From positions 1,984,001 to 2,048,000 of the forward strand of contig CBDCDS010000003.1 in the NCBI GenBank assembly GCA_965215365.1: a DNA stretch of 64,000 nt, written 5' to 3'. The stretch comes from Gammaproteobacteria bacterium. Its GTDB lineage: Bacteria; Pseudomonadota; Gammaproteobacteria; Eutrophobiales; Eutrophobiaceae. Below, in pieces: positions 27,577 through 37,670 of the stretch. A program made the translations under genes and the position numbers. The notes beneath the pieces are model-generated. The model searched no databases. It was not told the DNA's origin and saw only the letters and a list, made by a program, of their open reading frames with translations. Position 1 is the stretch's first letter; the number at the start of each line of letters is the position of its first letter.

Positions 27577-27845
27577 TGATTCCTGTAAACAGTAAACGCA
27601 AGCACGCAAGAGCGGCGGCGGCGCGTATAATCGAACGGCGGCAACACATTGAACGAGTGTCATTGCAGCAACTGCTCGCAACTGTTCATGAAGGACACCG
27701 TTATTGATGCCCGTTGTCATTGATAACTCTGTCTCCATAGCCTGGTGTATGAGTGACGAAGATGCGCCCATATTGGAATAGCTATTGTTGGCAGTTGATT
27801 TTTGAATTTTATCAATTATAATTACTCTATATTTCGTTATAATTT

Positions 27846-28208
27846 ATGAGGCATGTGATGGAATTTCAGGAATTTGTTGAAAATCAGATATTTTCCCCCG
27901 CACTTGTCGCAACTGCGTTGCGCACGACCAAGACTGAGATTGCCGATACGTTGGGGCTGGGCCAGGATGCGTTCTCACGCGCTTCTCGCATCCGGGCAAG
28001 AAAGACCCAAACCCGATTGCGACAAATGTTGGAAATCCTGCATCGAGTCTCAAGCTATACCGGTTCCGACCTGGCGGCTTATGCTTGGTTTCGCACAGAG
28101 CATTTACCGGGCTTCGGTGGGATGACCCCTGACCAGTTGGTCAGGGAAGGCAAGGCCAATGATGTTCATGCCCATATCGACCGTGTTATGGCCGGTGGTT
28201 ATGCCTGA
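27846..28208 (+). CDS. Xre/MbcA/ParS antitoxin
   Basis: HTH plus AYAWFRTEHLPGFGGMTPDQLV; lies upstream of a RES gene. Confidence 0.88.
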   Translation: MRHVMEFQEFVENQIFSPALVATALRTTKTEIADTLGLGQDAFSRASRIRARKTQTRLRQMLEILHRVSSYTGSDLAAYAWFRTEHLPGFGGMTPDQLVREGKANDVHAHIDRVMAGGYA

Positions 28209-28223
28209 CTTGCCCCTCTGCTG

Positions 28224-28721
28224 ATGCGTTTCAGGGGCCTGGTTTACCGTGCACACAACCCACGCTGGACCTGGGAGCCGACTTCGGGAGAGGGAGCTCG
28301 TCGCTATGGGGGACGCTTCAACCGTATCGGAATCCCAGCGCTTTATACGTCCCTGTCACCGCTCACAGCGCTGAGAGAAGTCAGCCCGACAGGACGGCTA
28401 CTGCAACCCATTACATTATGCGCCTACGAGGTTGATGCCGAACCTGTTTTCAATGCGTTGGATCCTTCACAGCGAGACGCTTGGGAGTTAGCGGAGCAAG
28501 AATTGTATTGCCCGAACTGGGAGCAGGAAATGCTGGCGGGCATTACCCCGGTATCGCAGAGTTTGGCCGATCGATTGAGTGCGGCCGGTTACGTGGGAAT
28601 GCGCGTTCAGAGCTTCGCAGCCGGATCCGGAACGGATGATCTCAACCTGGTGTTATGGCACTGGGGCAATCATCCGCCAAGTCAGGTCGTACTGGTTGAC
28701 GATGAAAAACGTTTGTCATAA
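28224..28721 (+). CDS. RES-domain toxin
   Basis: VYR, GARRYGGRFN, ALYTS...ALRE, VQS, NLVLW. Confidence 0.92.
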   Translation: MRFRGLVYRAHNPRWTWEPTSGEGARRYGGRFNRIGIPALYTSLSPLTALREVSPTGRLLQPITLCAYEVDAEPVFNALDPSQRDAWELAEQELYCPNWEQEMLAGITPVSQSLADRLSAAGYVGMRVQSFAAGSGTDDLNLVLWHWGNHPPSQVVLVDDEKRLS

Positions 28722-28777
28722 CGGGGGAGGTTTTGTGCTGCTGCCATTTTCAATCACTTACGTGCTTAAAGCACATC

Positions 28778-28818
28778 CCTGTGCTGCACGGGTGCCTCGT
28801 GTTTGTCAGAGGCACCCT
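28778..28818. repeat. Family-B palindromic element
   Basis: Matches the reverse complement of 55730-55775. Confidence 0.7.
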
Positions 28819-28856
28819 GAAAACTGCTTTTACTCGTGTCGGTTACTGGCTAAGGT

Positions 28857-29566
28857 TCACAATGGCCTCTTGCCTGCGATACTTCCGTTGATGGTGACAC
28901 TGATCGTTTCTTTGGAATCGAGAGCACAGTAACGCACCAGGCTTACTTTCTGATTAAATAGTGTGGTGTCATACCTGCGCTGAACGGTCACGGTCTGGTT
29001 CTCTACCGGAGAACCTTGGTGCCTTCCGTCCTGAAGGCTGGTGCCAGTGACAAAGTATACCGGCGGCTCTGGTTGTGGAGTCAAGGTCAGCGCAATGTCC
29101 ACCTCGTAACGAGGCTGCATACGAGCACCCCATAAATCTCCCCATCTTTTTGCGCCCCAAGCACGTCCGGGATGGCCGGCTGGAAGGGGCTCGAAATCAC
29201 CGTCATCTGTCGCTCGTCCGATACCCGTTCCCTTGACGTAGAAGTACGCGGCCGCAGTATTCACGTATTCCACTGCGCCGCCTGATGTTCCACAATCCGG
29301 CTGCCTATCACCACCACATCCACTTCTCACGACTTGATACTGTGTAGGTCTGTGTCCCTTCAGTCCGCAGGTTAATTGAAGCGTGAGACTGCTGCCGCCC
29401 ATGGTGCTTTGGCTTGTACCCAGAGATACTCCGGGCTCGGCTAATGCCAGTTGTGCGGTAAACAGTAGCGCGATTGCTGCTAGCGTTAGCTTTTTGAACG
29501 CTGAGGAGAGCAGGAATGACAAACCGGGGGGGGGGGGGGGGGGGGGGGACAAGTAGTTACTTTCAT
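28857..29566 (-). CDS. Secreted hypothetical protein, out of frame at a 23-nt G tract
   Basis: AGGAG RBS plus ATG 29566; signal peptide KKLTLAAIALLFTAQLALA is in frame only if the tract length is a multiple of 3. Confidence 0.65.
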
Positions 29567-29732
29567 GATTGATTCTCCTGTATTTTGATCGTGGTGATCC
29601 GGTTTTTATTTTGGCACCGGGCAGCCTTGTTAATCGGTTAATCGAATGCACGGGCGCCTCTGATCCTCAGCGGCGCCCGTGTCTCCTTAAGTAGCGTCGT
29701 TTGCGCTGGCCGCCACCAGTGGACAAATTCCG

Positions 29733-30278
29733 TTAGGGGCGTTTATACTTGCTGTCTCCGGTTCTGGACCGCTGTCTGGCGTCGTCCAGAGAGTTCGCGA
29801 TTCTGGCGTTCGCCGTCACCGTCAGGGGGAGGCCCTCCACATGCCACCAGTCGGTCCAAATATACTGACCCCAGACCTTTCCGTAGCCATGCGTCTCGAA
29901 GTCGGACAGCACCAGCTTGAAACGGTTTTTGTCGATGACGTTATCCTTGAGCGTCTTGATCGAAAGCGGCATGACTCGCGTTCCTGCGGGAATCACTATA
30001 AACCCGTTTTCCGCCACGTAATCCTTGCCTGCCTTGGCACTGAGGTCTTCGGTGCGGTAGGCATACCGAATGTCGAAGTCGAGCGGACGGGACAGCATCA
30101 GGACGAACACCGCGTCCTTTCCCTCCCTGATCTGAACATCCGCTACATGCAGCTGCGCCGTGACGCCAGAGACAAGCCTGTTAGCCACGGCCGGCTGAAC
30201 CAGCGCCAACGCCAGCAGGATACCAACGGCCGCGGACAGGAAGCGGCGGGCGACCATCGAAGTGGTAGTGTGAGTCAT
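29733..30278 (-). CDS. Secreted single Calx-beta-domain protein
   Basis: Signal peptide; REG...FVLMLS...YRTEDLSAKAGKDY...IPAGT...IKTLKD...FKLVLS. Confidence 0.75.
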   Translation of the reverse strand: MTHTTTSMVARRFLSAAVGILLALALVQPAVANRLVSGVTAQLHVADVQIREGKDAVFVLMLSRPLDFDIRYAYRTEDLSAKAGKDYVAENGFIVIPAGTRVMPLSIKTLKDNVIDKNRFKLVLSDFETHGYGKVWGQYIWTDWWHVEGLPLTVTANARIANSLDDARQRSRTGDSKYKRP

Positions 30279-30434
30279 GGATTCATCCCCCAGTCTCTTG
30301 ATTTGTTGAATGTCAGAAACACCTTCGTGCAACTTCGCACAACCGGTTTTCCAGTTAAAAACCAGGGCCGATTGTAACACGACAGGGGTACTGTGTCAAG
30401 CCTGATGTCGCCTGATGTTACGAACGCCACACGG

Positions 30435-31107
30435 TCAGCTATACTTGACCGCTACAGTCTCCCGCCGATATCCGGCAAGATCTTCTTCGGTCATTTGCTC
30501 AGCAGGAACGAGACAATAATGCTTCTCCTCATTGATAACCACCCCCTTTTCTCCTGTCTCAAAAATGAACAGCGCTATCAGATTATCCCCCATAAACTGT
30601 GCAGCTACAGGCTGGCAGACAAGTTGCGGAAATTTTGCTGCGCACGGTTGTGCGCAGGTGGTTTTGCAGGGAATAGCACGTCACCCCTGAAAAAATATCT
30701 ATAAGCCGGTTATATCGTAGTTTTGCTAATAGCGCCTGTTCATCATTCAGCGCATATCTGGTGATAATTCCAGGTGTCGCATCCGGGATTTTTATTTGTG
30801 CCAGAAGGGGGTTCGGAATAATATACGGCATTGACGTCAACGAAAATTTATACTTTGCCTGGCCCACTGAGCGGATAACCCATTCCAGACCGTCAGGGGC
30901 GAGTTTCCGAATTGATTCCGGTAATGCAATGCGGTAACGGAAGCTGTAAATAACATCACCAAGATTCTTGGGTAGAGCTATACCAAGTTCCTTTGCAGCG
31001 CTGACCAGATCTTCGCGCCGGAAGTTTACTTCCTGTGCATTCTTCCTGTAATTCTCGTTGAAGATATGTTCGATGAGTTGTGAATATCGGTTTCCAGTCT
31101 TGGCCAT
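30435..31107 (-). pseudogene. Restriction endonuclease with an apparent internal deletion and frameshift
   Basis: N-part ends SLQNHLRTTV near 30645; C-part CAAKFPQLVCQPVAAQFMGDNLIALF...EEKHYCLVP continues in another frame to a stop at 30435. Confidence 0.7.
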
Positions 31108-31118
31108 TTTGCCTCTCC

Positions 31119-32420
31119 TTATTGGCGCCCGGGCCACCTCAAGACAACTACTTCTTCCCGCATCTGTTTGCGGGTCGCTGTAGCCAGGCGGGTGCGAAAC
31201 AGGTCGATGCTGATGACCTGATAGCCCAGTGACCGGGCTATGTCTGCAAGTATTTGCCCAGTGCGGATCATAACCTGGAGGAAAGAGGCCTGATCGCCCA
31301 CAACATAACCGAGACAGGCTCCCGGTTTTAGAAACGGTCGCAATTCCGCCAGATGCCGGGCCATGCCGCCGAAATACAATCTGGTCACCTTTGCGTATTG
31401 CCTTTCAAAACCAGAGGTCTTGCCCAGCGTAATTCTGCGCTGTTCTATCTCTTCGGCTATTGCCTGTATCTCTGCATGACCCGTCACCCAGCCGTCATCA
31501 TCGTCGCCCTTATAGACGTTACGTGAATTGGATCTGAGCAGGCCTTTTTTCAATCCTCGCAATTCTTCCCTGTTATTGATATATCCTAACATCACGCTTT
31601 CCAGCCGCGTGGTTCTGGTATAGTCCTTCTCATTCGGATAAGGCGGGGACGTAAAAACAGCGCTGATACTTGCAGGGGATAATAGCGAGGCCAGCTGCCG
31701 TGCGTCTGCGTGATATACCGTGGCGGGTACATTTCGGCATGTTTTCATACGCAAATCCGCAACAATTTTATCCACTTCAGTCAACCAGCTCTCGATAACG
31801 GGTGCGTCTGCTTTTTTCGTTCGCCGCACCCCCACCTCCGGGCCAAAATACAGGTTGCTGGCGGAGTAAACCAGTGTTTTGGCAAATGCCAGTAGTTCAT
31901 GACGCTTATAGCAGGCGTCATTATCAGCCTCGATTTGTTCCAGCAGCGCCAGTGCTTTATGCAAAGGCAGGGGACTGATCGAGCCTTTCAATAACAGACA
32001 TTGCGCCTGTTCGGGTAAAACTTTCAGGCCCGAGTTGTGCCAGGTTGAAATAATCTTTTTTGCCCGTTCTGCAAGCAGCCCGGCATGGTTTATGAGCCCG
32101 TCAGGATCAACAGTCCAATCCGTTTTAACAGAACTGGCGAAAGAGGCGAACGGATTCGCTTCAACTCCCATGCTGGTGATGCCAAGGCGCTTGGCCTCAA
32201 CCAACGTTGTGCCTGTGCCACAGAAAGGGTCGAGCAGGACATCCTGTTCATTCAATCCAAACCTGTCGATATAGTCACGAACAAGATGGGCGGGAAAGGA
32301 TAAAACAAACCGATACCAGTCGTGAAAACGCCTGTCATTAAAATCCAGTTTATTGATACTGCCATTGCTCCTCGGCGGTACTGTTACAGCCGCGTCCTCA
32401 GAGAATAAAACTGTTTGCAA
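31119..32420 (-). CDS. N4-cytosine/N6-adenine DNA methyltransferase (SPPY)
   Basis: DPFCGTGTT, TSPPYPNEKDY, YVVGDQ; TTG start with GGAG RBS. Confidence 0.88.
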   Translation of the reverse strand: MQTVLFSEDAAVTVPPRSNGSINKLDFNDRRFHDWYRFVLSFPAHLVRDYIDRFGLNEQDVLLDPFCGTGTTLVEAKRLGITSMGVEANPFASFASSVKTDWTVDPDGLINHAGLLAERAKKIISTWHNSGLKVLPEQAQCLLLKGSISPLPLHKALALLEQIEADNDACYKRHELLAFAKTLVYSASNLYFGPEVGVRRTKKADAPVIESWLTEVDKIVADLRMKTCRNVPATVYHADARQLASLLSPASISAVFTSPPYPNEKDYTRTTRLESVMLGYINNREELRGLKKGLLRSNSRNVYKGDDDDGWVTGHAEIQAIAEEIEQRRITLGKTSGFERQYAKVTRLYFGGMARHLAELRPFLKPGACLGYVVGDQASFLQVMIRTGQILADIARSLGYQVISIDLFRTRLATATRKQMREEVVVLRWPGRQ

Positions 32421-32502
32421 AGCACACTCCGTTTCGCCTGATATTGAGAAGGTAACTCTACCAATTTGCTTTCTCCTATTCCAGTATTTTCAGGCTTTCT
32501 GT

Positions 32503-34248
32503 TCAGGCTTTCTCGCTGTTATCATACAACCTGGCATAAACCCCCCGCTGCGCTATGAGTTCCGGGTGCGTGCCGGCTTCGACCAGTCTGCCGTTGTCCA
32601 GGACGACGATGTGGTCGGCCTGTTCCACTGCGCTCAGGCGGTGGGCGATGACGATGATGGTGCGGTTGGGCCGGATGGACGCCAGCGCTTGTTGGATGCT
32701 GCGTTCTGATTGCGGGTCTAGCGCCGCGGTGGCTTCGTCCAGGATCAGGATGGGGGCATCCTTGAGCAAAGCCCGCGCCAGGGCGAGGCGTTGGCGTTGT
32801 CCGCCCGACAGGCGCGCGCCGTCGTGGCCGATGACGGTATCGAAGCCGTGTTCCAGCGCCTCGATAAAAGCCAGGGCGTCGGCGCGCCGCGCGGCGTCCC
32901 GCACCAGCTGCGGGGTCGCGTCCCGGTTGCAACCGTAGGCGATGTTATTGAACACCGTGTCGTTGAACAGCGCCACCTGCTGGCTGACCAAGGCGATATT
33001 CGCCCGCAGCGCAGCCAGGGGCAGGTCGCGCACATCGTGCCCGTCCACCCGGAGCTCGCCGTTACTCATGTCATAAAAGCGGGCAATCAGATCTACCAGC
33101 GAGCTCTTGCCGCCGCCCGAGGGGCCGACGATGGCAAGCGTCTGCCCCGGCAGGGCGGTCAGCGATAGGTCTTGCAACACCGCCCCATGCTCCGGGTTAT
33201 AAGCAAAATCCAGGTTACGTATCTCAACCTTGCCGCCAAGCCTGGCCACGGCCAGCGTTCCTGTGTCTGCTTCTGTCTCCTGGTCGATGCAGGCGAATAC
33301 GCTCTCGCACGCGGTCAGGCCCTTTTGCAAATCCTCATTGATGCGCGCCAGCCGCCGCAGCGGACTTAACAGCATCAACAGGGCGGCGAAAAAGGAATTG
33401 AACTCGGCCACGGTAATGCTACCGGCGGCGGCGTGGTCAGCCGCAACATAGACAATAGCCGCTAACGCCAGCGCGGTGACGACGTTGATCGCCGGGGTGC
33501 CGACGGCGGCGGCGGCGATGAATTTCATGTTCATGCGCCGGTTGGCGTTGGCCGTATTGTGAAAACGCGCCTGCTCCTGCTGCTGGCCGGCAAAAATCCG
33601 GATCACCCGGCGCGCGGCAATGGCTTCATTGAGAACCTGATGCAGGTCGGCCATGGTCTCTTGCACCCGCCGGCTGAGACGGCGCAGGCGCCGGCGCAAT
33701 ACCAACAACACGGCCAGGATGAGCGGCCCTGCCAGCAGCGCAACTAGGGTCAGCAACCAATCGATATACGCCATCCAGGCCACCAGCCCGATAATGCTCA
33801 GGGTATCGCGCCCTAAGGTAGTGACGACATTGGTGGCTGCGTCCTTAAGCCGGGTTACGTCAAAGGTGAACCGGGACACCAGGCTGCCGGCGCTATGGCG
33901 GTCCAGGATGCCGCAAGGAACCCTCAGCAGACGCTCGAACATCTGTACCCGCAAGTCCATGACCAGCCGTTCCGCCACCCAGGCCAGCGCGTAACGGCTG
34001 CTGTATGAGGCCAGCGCGGCGGTCAGGAACACCAGCAACACAGGCAGCGCCACACCGGTCAGCAGATCAACCTCGGCGTAGCGGAAAATCCCTTCGGTCA
34101 GGTTCTTGAACAACGCGGCAATGGCCGGACTGGTCAGCGCCAGCACGACCATGGCCAGCACCGCGCCAAGAAAAATCCGCAAATAGGGCTTCACATAAGC
34201 TAACAGGCGCAAGTAAAGTGCGAAATCGGTGGGTTGCTGTGGCTGCAT
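32503..34248 (-). CDS. msbA: Lipid A exporter MsbA-like ABC transporter
   Basis: Transmembrane domain fused to NBD: GPSGGGKS, LSGGQRQR, LILDEAT. Confidence 0.85.
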   Translation of the reverse strand: MQPQQPTDFALYLRLLAYVKPYLRIFLGAVLAMVVLALTSPAIAALFKNLTEGIFRYAEVDLLTGVALPVLLVFLTAALASYSSRYALAWVAERLVMDLRVQMFERLLRVPCGILDRHSAGSLVSRFTFDVTRLKDAATNVVTTLGRDTLSIIGLVAWMAYIDWLLTLVALLAGPLILAVLLVLRRRLRRLSRRVQETMADLHQVLNEAIAARRVIRIFAGQQQEQARFHNTANANRRMNMKFIAAAAVGTPAINVVTALALAAIVYVAADHAAAGSITVAEFNSFFAALLMLLSPLRRLARINEDLQKGLTACESVFACIDQETEADTGTLAVARLGGKVEIRNLDFAYNPEHGAVLQDLSLTALPGQTLAIVGPSGGGKSSLVDLIARFYDMSNGELRVDGHDVRDLPLAALRANIALVSQQVALFNDTVFNNIAYGCNRDATPQLVRDAARRADALAFIEALEHGFDTVIGHDGARLSGGQRQRLALARALLKDAPILILDEATAALDPQSERSIQQALASIRPNRTIIVIAHRLSAVEQADHIVVLDNGRLVEAGTHPELIAQRGVYARLYDNSEKA

Positions 34249-34409
34249 GATGGCAAAATGTAACAGATTCGGTTCCGACCGTCATGCCTGTGCAAGCAGG
34301 AAGTCAGTGAGAAAACCGTCCTGAAAGGATACCCGTTGAGGTAAACTTAACCTAGAAGGGTACACAGTATCACCCTGTCGGCGCTCGCAACCAATCCATA
34401 AGGGGAGCC

Positions 34410-35285
34410 ATGTCAACAAAATATCCGATTATCGCAGTTACGGGCTCTTCCGGGGCTGGCACCACCAATATCAGGGAGGCCTTCGAGAAGATCTTCAACC
34501 GCCAGGGCATCAAGGCGGCGGTCATAGAAGGCGACAGCTACCACCGTTATAACCGCCGGGAAATGGAACAGCTGGGCCGACAGGCGGCGCGGGAGGGCAA
34601 GCGCCTGACCCATTTCGGGCCGGAAGGCAACCTGCTCGGGGAACTCGAAGCCGGGTTCAGGGAGTACGCCGAACGCGGCACTGGCGAACAACGCTATTAT
34701 ATCCATAACGAGGCGGACGCGGCGCGCCACGGCGGCGCGCCGGGCACGCTGACGCCCTGGAAACCCCTACCGGATAATACCGATTTAATGCTGTATGAGG
34801 GGCTGCACGGCGGGCTGATCACGGACGAGGTGAATATCGCCCAACATGTGGATGTGCTGATCGGCATCACGCCCATCATCAATCTGGAGTGGATCCAGAA
34901 GATCCAGCGCGACAAGACCGTGCGCGGCTACAGCAGTGAAGATGCCACCGACATGATCCTGCAACGCATGTACGATTACGTCCACTACATCACGCCGCAA
35001 TTCTCCCGCACCGACATCAACCTGCAACGGGTGCCCACCGTCGATACCGCCAACCCGTTCGGCGCCGTGCACATCCCTTCCAGCGACGAGAGCTATACCG
35101 TCATCCATGTGCGCAACCGGGAAAAACTGGCGGTCGATTTCCTCTACCTGCTGGATATGCTGCACGGTTCGTTCATGTCCACCCCTTACACCATCGTCAT
35201 CCCCGCCGGTAAAACCAACTTCGCTATACAGTTACTTATTGAACCGTTGATCAAGCGAATTATGGCGGCGAGGGGGCAGGAATGA
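34410..35285 (+). CDS. prk: Phosphoribulokinase
   Basis: IIAVTGSSGAGTT, YEGLHGG, NLEWIQKIQRD, YITPQFSRTDINLQRVPTVDT. Confidence 0.92.
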   Translation: MSTKYPIIAVTGSSGAGTTNIREAFEKIFNRQGIKAAVIEGDSYHRYNRREMEQLGRQAAREGKRLTHFGPEGNLLGELEAGFREYAERGTGEQRYYIHNEADAARHGGAPGTLTPWKPLPDNTDLMLYEGLHGGLITDEVNIAQHVDVLIGITPIINLEWIQKIQRDKTVRGYSSEDATDMILQRMYDYVHYITPQFSRTDINLQRVPTVDTANPFGAVHIPSSDESYTVIHVRNREKLAVDFLYLLDMLHGSFMSTPYTIVIPAGKTNFAIQLLIEPLIKRIMAARGQE

Positions 35286-35309
35286 CGAGCGAGAGATTTT
35301 TCAGCTAAG

Positions 35310-36512
35310 TCACGGAGAAATACGGGCCGGCAGTGCGTTGGTTTCCTCACTCACAGCAGTGGCCAGACGCAGCCCCTGTTGATAACAGGTCTGGGCCGCG
35401 GCGTGGTCGCCTTGCTGTTCCAGCAGGGCTGCCAGTTCCCGGCAGGTGGTCGGCTCAGGTCTCAGGCGCACGCTTTGTTCGAGGTAGCGCACGGCCTTGC
35501 CCCAGAGCTCGTTGCTTATGCACAGGCGTCCTAGGGTCAGCAGCAGCGCCGCATTCTCGGGACGCGCGGACAGGCAGCGTTCGGCAAACTCCAGCTGTCC
35601 CTTGAGGTTGCGCCCGCGCACCTGTCCGAACAGGTTGATCAAGTCCTCATCCCACTGTCGTTTCAGCGCCCGCCTTAACATGGCTTCACAACCCCGGTCG
35701 TCCCCGTGCCGCAAGCGCGCCTGCACATAAGCGCCAACCAGTGCGTTGTTCTTTTTCAGCTTGTTCGGGATTGCACGCCAGACGGTTTCTAGGGCGGCTG
35801 GTTCGGGCTCGGCCGCGGCGCGGCGCAGTAACTCAAGATAGGAAGTAAGCTGTTGCCCCGGCGCCGCGCGGCGCCGGTTGCATTGCTGTATCAGCCCGGC
35901 GGCGCGCGTCCAGTCCTTTAGCGCGGTGGCCGTTTCCAACAACATCAAGGTGACTTGTTCATGCTTGCCATCGAGGGTGCGCAGGATGTCATCGGCCTGG
36001 TCTGCTTGCTCCCGGTCGATTTGCAGTCGGGCTTGCGTCAGCCCCAGCGCCGGGCTGTTGCTGTCGTCGTGCTGACGTGCCAGCACCAGATAGTGGTCAC
36101 AGCGTTCGGTATCGCCCTGCCGGTAGGCAGCCTGCGCGGCGCCCAGGTAATTCACCAGTGGCGCGCGCGCCAGGGACGCGCCCTTGCTGAAAGACTGCTC
36201 CGCATCGCGCCAATCTCCTTCCAGCATGGCCAGCATGCCTCGGTTGAGGAGTTGTTCACAACGACGCTGCCGCCTGACTTCAGACCAGCGCCGCAAGTCG
36301 GCGGGCGCGCGCAGCAGTTTGCCTAAGGTCCGCAACAACCCGTAGCCAAGCAGGAACGCCAGCCCGGCGATGACTACGAATACCACCATGCTGGTCTGCA
36401 ACATCCATTCACCGTAGCTGAATACCACCTCTCCCGCCGCTTGCTGTAACGTCCAGCCCAGCGCAACCGCGACCAACAGCAGCGCCAGCAGGGCAAACAG
36501 TACTCTCATCAC
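35310..36512 (-). CDS. hemY: HemY N-terminal domain TPR protein
   Basis: Two N-terminal transmembrane segments, EGDWRDAE, TPRs; hemCDXY order. Confidence 0.88.
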   Translation of the reverse strand: MMRVLFALLALLLVAVALGWTLQQAAGEVVFSYGEWMLQTSMVVFVVIAGLAFLLGYGLLRTLGKLLRAPADLRRWSEVRRQRRCEQLLNRGMLAMLEGDWRDAEQSFSKGASLARAPLVNYLGAAQAAYRQGDTERCDHYLVLARQHDDSNSPALGLTQARLQIDREQADQADDILRTLDGKHEQVTLMLLETATALKDWTRAAGLIQQCNRRRAAPGQQLTSYLELLRRAAAEPEPAALETVWRAIPNKLKKNNALVGAYVQARLRHGDDRGCEAMLRRALKRQWDEDLINLFGQVRGRNLKGQLEFAERCLSARPENAALLLTLGRLCISNELWGKAVRYLEQSVRLRPEPTTCRELAALLEQQGDHAAAQTCYQQGLRLATAVSEETNALPARISP

Positions 36513-37666
36513 GGTGCCCCTCGGTAGCTCTGGCTTCCATCCTGCCGCAGCAGGTATTCATCAAAAGCGCTTATAGTCGCGTCGACAGACGGGAGCGGAT
36601 GGCTCAGCTTTAGTGCGGCGGCGCCTTGCAGGATTTTCAGCGCGTTGCGTACGCCGGCGTCATCCGGGTCGAAAAACTCCCGCAACCAGTCCGTGCTGGC
36701 CTGGATGGACGCCCGATACTGGTCTTCGTCCCGGGCCAGCAACGCAACACGCGCCGCCTCCAGTTGCAGTTGCAGGTTGCGGTGCAGGAAAAACTGTTCC
36801 GATGGCGCCAGCAGTGCGGCCGTTTGTGCGCGGTTACGGGTGACCACAACCAGAGATTTCAATTCCTGCCAGATGTTGCCGAGCAGCTGTTGCCGGCGCG
36901 GTGGCTGTTCGGTCTGTGCCCGGGTCGGCGCCGGGGTCGTCTCGGCGCCGACCCGGAGCGGCAACTGGCGCACACGCGCGGCCAAATCAGCCAGCGCCAA
37001 TGCCGTGCCGGAAAAATCTGTACGCGGGTGCGCCTGCAAGTTATGGAGGTCGCGGAGCAAGCGCTCGCGCACCGGAATCAGCGCCGAGTCAGGGATTTCC
37101 CTGAGCCGGGTATCGACGGCGTGCAGCGCGGCCAAGGCGGTGTCCATATCGCCGGCCAGCGCCAGACGCTGGGATGCAACCCGCAGCAGGTGCTGAATCT
37201 CTTCGAGTTGCCAGCCTGAAGCGTGGCTGAGCTGGCGCCGCAACCGGCCCAGGTGTTGCTGCAGCGCGCGCAGTTGCTCAGCAGCCCGGTCCTGCCGGCC
37301 TGCAAGTTGACTCAGGCTCTCCCCCAGCAAGGCCTGACTTTGTTGCAGCGAGTCCAGCTTGTGCGCTATGGCTTTCTGTTCGGCCCGGTCGGCTTGCTGG
37401 CTTTGACGGAGGTCATGGATAAAGTACCCGCCGGCGCCGATAGCGGCGCTGGTCAGGCTCACCCAAAACAGGGTGGCAAGCCAGGGTTTGCCCGGTTTCC
37501 GATCCGGCGCCTCGCCGGGGCTATCCGCAGTGCCGGACTCAGCGTGGGTGTCAGCTGCAGCCGTGCCGTCAGCCGGCGTCAGCTCCGTAGCCGCCACATC
37601 TTCATCAGCGCGCCCGGCTGGTTCGGGAACCTGTTCCGCTGCTGTTGCGTCAGCCTTATTGTTCAC
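36509..37666 (-). CDS. hemX: HemX family protein
   Basis: Transmembrane segment, coiled coil, WQLEEIQHLLRVA, LLAPSEQFFLHRNLQLQLE. Confidence 0.88.
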   Translation of the reverse strand: MNNKADATAAEQVPEPAGRADEDVAATELTPADGTAAADTHAESGTADSPGEAPDRKPGKPWLATLFWVSLTSAAIGAGGYFIHDLRQSQQADRAEQKAIAHKLDSLQQSQALLGESLSQLAGRQDRAAEQLRALQQHLGRLRRQLSHASGWQLEEIQHLLRVASQRLALAGDMDTALAALHAVDTRLREIPDSALIPVRERLLRDLHNLQAHPRTDFSGTALALADLAARVRQLPLRVGAETTPAPTRAQTEQPPRRQQLLGNIWQELKSLVVVTRNRAQTAALLAPSEQFFLHRNLQLQLEAARVALLARDEDQYRASIQASTDWLREFFDPDDAGVRNALKILQGAAALKLSHPLPSVDATISAFDEYLLRQDGSQSYRGAP

Positions 37667-37670
37667 TTTA

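Noticed and set aside
27547-27771. 74-aa minus-strand ORF
   Set aside because: No recognisable motif, and its 3' part runs through a MITE fragment.
29567-29651. In-frame GTG start at 29651 for the poly-G gene
   Set aside because: It lies in a hairpin without an RBS and would place about 50 residues before the signal peptide; not fully excluded.
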